From Mobula hypostoma (Eukaryota): DNA of 64,000 nucleotides. Positions 60,488-64,000 of the stretch are shown piece by piece. The position numbers were made by a program, and so were the translations under genes. The stretch spans positions 17,670,001-17,734,000 of the forward strand of contig NC_086120.1 in assembly GCF_963921235.1 (NCBI RefSeq), in the 5' to 3' direction. The notes beneath the pieces are model-generated. The model was not told the DNA's origin. It worked only from the letters and a program-made list of their open reading frames with translations, and searched no databases. Numbering within the stretch: the stretch's first letter is position 1; every line of letters starts with the position of its first letter.

Positions 60488-60620
60488 CTATTTATACTTT
60501 CTCTCCGCGCGTCATCATTGACGCTCCCTCCGTTCACAGCCAATCACCCTCTCAGCCTGCAAGCAGGCGCACTTACAGTGCAGCTGTCCGACATCATTCA
60601 TCCCTTCTCCAATCCAATTA
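60488..60620 (-). promoter_or_regulatory. Putative NMRK2 proximal promoter
   Basis: TATAAATA on minus at 60496-60489, about 100 bp upstream of the ATG. Also paired CRE-like half-sites (60509-60524), CCAAT boxes (~60540, ~60609-60618) and an E-box CAGCTG (60581). CpG-enriched. Confidence 0.6.
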
Positions 60621-62698
60621 TAGTCTGGAATCTTTCCTTTCCTAAATCAGTAATAAGTTGGATTCCAGGGATCCTTCCCCATAACCCTCCCTTCATTCCA
60701 CCGCTGGAACTTAGAATGATAGCGAGAAAATGATTAACGTTTTAAACTGCTCTCAATCAAAGCATAAATGTGTGACACATTCTATTCATTGCTTATTAAT
60801 GTTTCTAAATCTTTTGTTGTGTTCTAATACATTTAAAAAAAAAAATTGGCTTCCAATTGCATGCACATTTGCCAACCCGTAGTTCAGGATGTTCAGTGTG
60901 AGAGTGTGTGATGTAATGCATCATCATGCCGCTGGGAAGAGCTTCAGTTTTCATTCTAACTCAGGAGGGCCAATCAAAATGACACCCCTAAGAAACCAGC
61001 CGCTCTTAAGGGTTGTTTCAAAGTGGTAATTTGAGTTTATGTTAACCCTTTCTTAGTGTGCGATAGAATATAATGTGGAAAAAATATATATGAGCTGGTT
61101 TGCTTTAGTTACGCAAAACGAGAAAGCAGAGGATACAGGTATCTGGTGACAAATTGGGAAATGTTAAAAAGGACTTAAAGAGCTCTGGCTGCAAATCATC
61201 TGTCTCCTAGCTAGTGGCAAAGCAGTCCGCAATTCTCCAGGACCTAATTCCGCATGAGTAGCCCATACCCTTCATGGGGCTCATATGTGCCCAAGAGTTT
61301 TTGCAAGTGATGTCAAAAGCCACATTGCATGAGGTTGGATAACACTGTATACGTTGGTAGCCTCTGTGTCTGCGCACGCCGAAAGCACAGTGGACCTGGA
61401 TCAGGTTTCCAGAAAGGCTTTTGCATATTGAAGTCCTCAATGGGATAGAACAGTCAGATCTCTCATAATATTCTTGTCATAAGCCAACCAAAAGTATCAC
61501 TCAAATACCATAGCATTCCTTGGCCAGCATTTCCTAACCATGAAATTAATATTTTACTCAGTTGGTAGGTGCACTTTACCTTTCTCAATATTGACCATTA
61601 AACAAATTTTGTTTTACATTTCAACAATAGTAGATAATGTAGACACAAGAGATTCTGCAGATGCTGGAAATCTAAATGCTGAAGGATGCTGCCTGTCCTG
61701 TTGAGTTCCTCTAGCATTTTGTGTGTGTTGCTCATTGGATAATGTGATTGATTGCATTGTTCCTACACCTAAATCTAGATCAATATGTCTTTGGAGTCTA
61801 AGTAGCAATATATTTACTCTCTCAGCCTGTCCATTATTTTCATCACAATGGCATCCAATCACAATGTCCTTGACTTCTCAAACCAGAAATATTCAGGATG
61901 ACATGTCCAATTTTCAGAGTTTGGTTACAACATCTTAATGCAGTGAAAAAGTTAGTTTCATAATGCTCATGTAAATTTTCAGTATGTTTGCAGTGAGTAG
62001 CTTCATGCATCATTCCTGATGTGCAGTCTCTGGTCATGTAGTTAGTGAGCTACCCTCAGGAGTGTAGAGAACATTGACACTTAAACTTTGAAGACAAAGA
62101 TAATACAGGGAGACTTTCCCCCTAGTTGACCACGGCACACTGTTGTTCTGGTGACAATAGATCACCGTATAGTCGTAGAAGACCCCTTATAACCAAACAT
62201 CCACAACAAGGCAACACTGTCCCTTGACAATCAATCTCCTTGATGAGGTCTTATAAAACAAAGATCATTTGCATATCTTGGGACTGAAGAGAGATATTCT
62301 CATATTTCATTGTGACAGAATCCCTGAGACTCTTCTGTTGCCTCAGAATCTCTGGAACCAGAGTGGAGGCAAGTCATCCCCTATCACAGGGAACTGTTGA
62401 TGTAGAATACTTCCAAACTTTAGCTAATTTTAGTAAATATCAGTAAGAGAGGTTTGAAATCATCAGCACTGATTTTCTAGATTATTTATTTAGTTGAATA
62501 ATCTGATTTCTATTTAAAGTTAGTTACAATACTGGCAACAGTGAAACTACTGGAGAAAACAATTTGATTTACTATTGTCCTTTCAAGATGGAATCTCCCA
62601 TCAATCCCTAGTTGGACCTATACATGACCTTAAACCTACAACTATGTGACTGACCCATAATTTATGATTCAGAATTGATTTCTGAAAAGGGCTTAGAC

Positions 62699-62778
62699 CA
62701 GGGGTCCCCAACCTGGGGACCATGGACCGCTTGGTTAACTGTAAGGCTCCATGGCATAAAAATGGTTGGGAACCTCCG
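62699..62778. mobile_element. Tiny hAT-Charlie-type MITE
   Basis: CAGGGGTCCCCAACC ... GGTTGGGAACCTCCG termini with an imperfect 8-bp TSD, GCTTAGAC/GTTTAGAT. Confidence 0.6.
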
Positions 62779-63560
62779 GTTTAGATGTTCATGGTTTTTC
62801 AAACCACTGCATGAACAGGCAAACTGATAAAGCCAGATTGGCATTGGCCGAGGCGCTGGATTTCTACAAGGTACAGTCATCTCAGTTGACCTTGCAGAGT
62901 CCTCTTCACTTGCACGTAGGCGCTAGTATCTAATTTTGGAGAGCTGTACCACAGATTAATCAAACAAAAGCCTGACAGAATTGTACCTACAGAATCAAAC
63001 CCTACAATTAACATTCTTGCCTCTGCTTCATAATCTCTGGGCTCATCCTGTTCAGCCAGCAAGATCAGCCAACTGCATGTGACAGGATTGTCAGGAAGAA
63101 ATAACACTGCATTGAATGCAATAAATAGCATTGACACTAAACCCATGAACTTCCAGGACATCTGGTCGATCAGGGGTGAGGAAACCTGTTGGAGGTATCA
63201 CCTATTGTCCTCAACTCTGTCTATGAGTGAATACTATTTTGTGCTACAGACCTGGAATGCACTGCCAGAGGAGGTAGTAGAATCATATGCCATTGGTACA
63301 TTTAAGAAGTATTTATACAGACACCTGAAGCTGAGAAGGATATTGTATGGTCTTAATGCATATCAATTGTATTAGTGTAACTGGGCAAAAAAGGGCAGCA
63401 TGTACACAATGGGCCAAAGGGCCTGTTTCTGTGCCACTGCCACTGACTAAGGTCGCCATGGGATTGATTGGAATGCTCTGAGAGCTGGTATACATGCAAA
63501 GGGCTGATTGGCCTGCCTTTATTGGATAAAAATGAAAATATGAAATTTGGAAATGTCCTG

Positions 63561-63825
63561 TGTTATGTTCAAAATATTAACTTAATTCAAAGGAAGACAC
63601 GGGAGTCCAAACTGAAGTCTTTTACTTTAAGCGAGACGCAGACGTATTACATGGAAGTGTGATGACGTATACAAATAAAGTATTTTTACATATAACTTGT
63701 AATTAATTACTTAACTGAACAAGAATGCTTAATCAACCAATATACCTATATATATACAAGATATACAACCAATATATATATATACAAGATTACTCAAATA
63801 TAATTGAAATACTAAATACACAACA
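63561..63825. mobile_element. Short solo LTR
   Basis: Termini TGTTATGT...ACACAACA with 5-bp TSD TCCTG (63556-63560, 63826-63830). Contains an internal short tandem duplication. Confidence 0.75.
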
Positions 63826-64000
63826 TCCTGAAGGGCATAATTGATTTCTTGTGCCTTTAGCAAGTGTTGAATAAACAAGATATGAAACTACTTGACTGCA
63901 TTATCACAAGCCTACCCCTTGCAAATGTGTACTTCATGACAATCTGACACCTTAAAACACAGCCTGAAACATCAACTGTACTTTTTTCCATAGATACTAC

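Noticed and set aside
60281-60733. 150-aa plus-strand ORF over the NMRK2 promoter
   Set aside because: Antisense to exon 1, starts inside a CR1 tail, and has no recognisable homology.

Overview
Repeat-rich vertebrate genomic DNA. The mix of CR1, L1, RTE, Rex1, Penelope-like and hAT elements suggests a cartilaginous fish, probably a ray; this is inference only. Two host genes can be reconstructed with GT-AG junctions, both on the minus strand. The first is exons 1-2 of a short-propeptide lysyl oxidase (probably the LOXL5 paralogue), which runs off the left edge. The second is a complete 7-coding-exon nicotinamide riboside kinase 2 (NMRK2, 201 aa) at 56323-60385. The ~51 kb between them holds no intact host gene that I can recognise. 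It contains a young L1 with an 18-bp TSD, an older L1 nested in a Sushi-like Gypsy element, two solo LTRs, a complete hAT element with TIRs and an 8-bp TSD, many CR1 fragments, two N-gaps in a GA-rich tract, and a short fragment resembling PPP1R10/PNUTS. The most notable non-obvious signal is a family of short Penelope-like repeats carrying a minimal type I hammerhead ribozyme motif. One copy has an intact core and forms a long hairpin in the probable NMRK2 3' UTR. I see no clear evidence of a wholly new multi-gene system.
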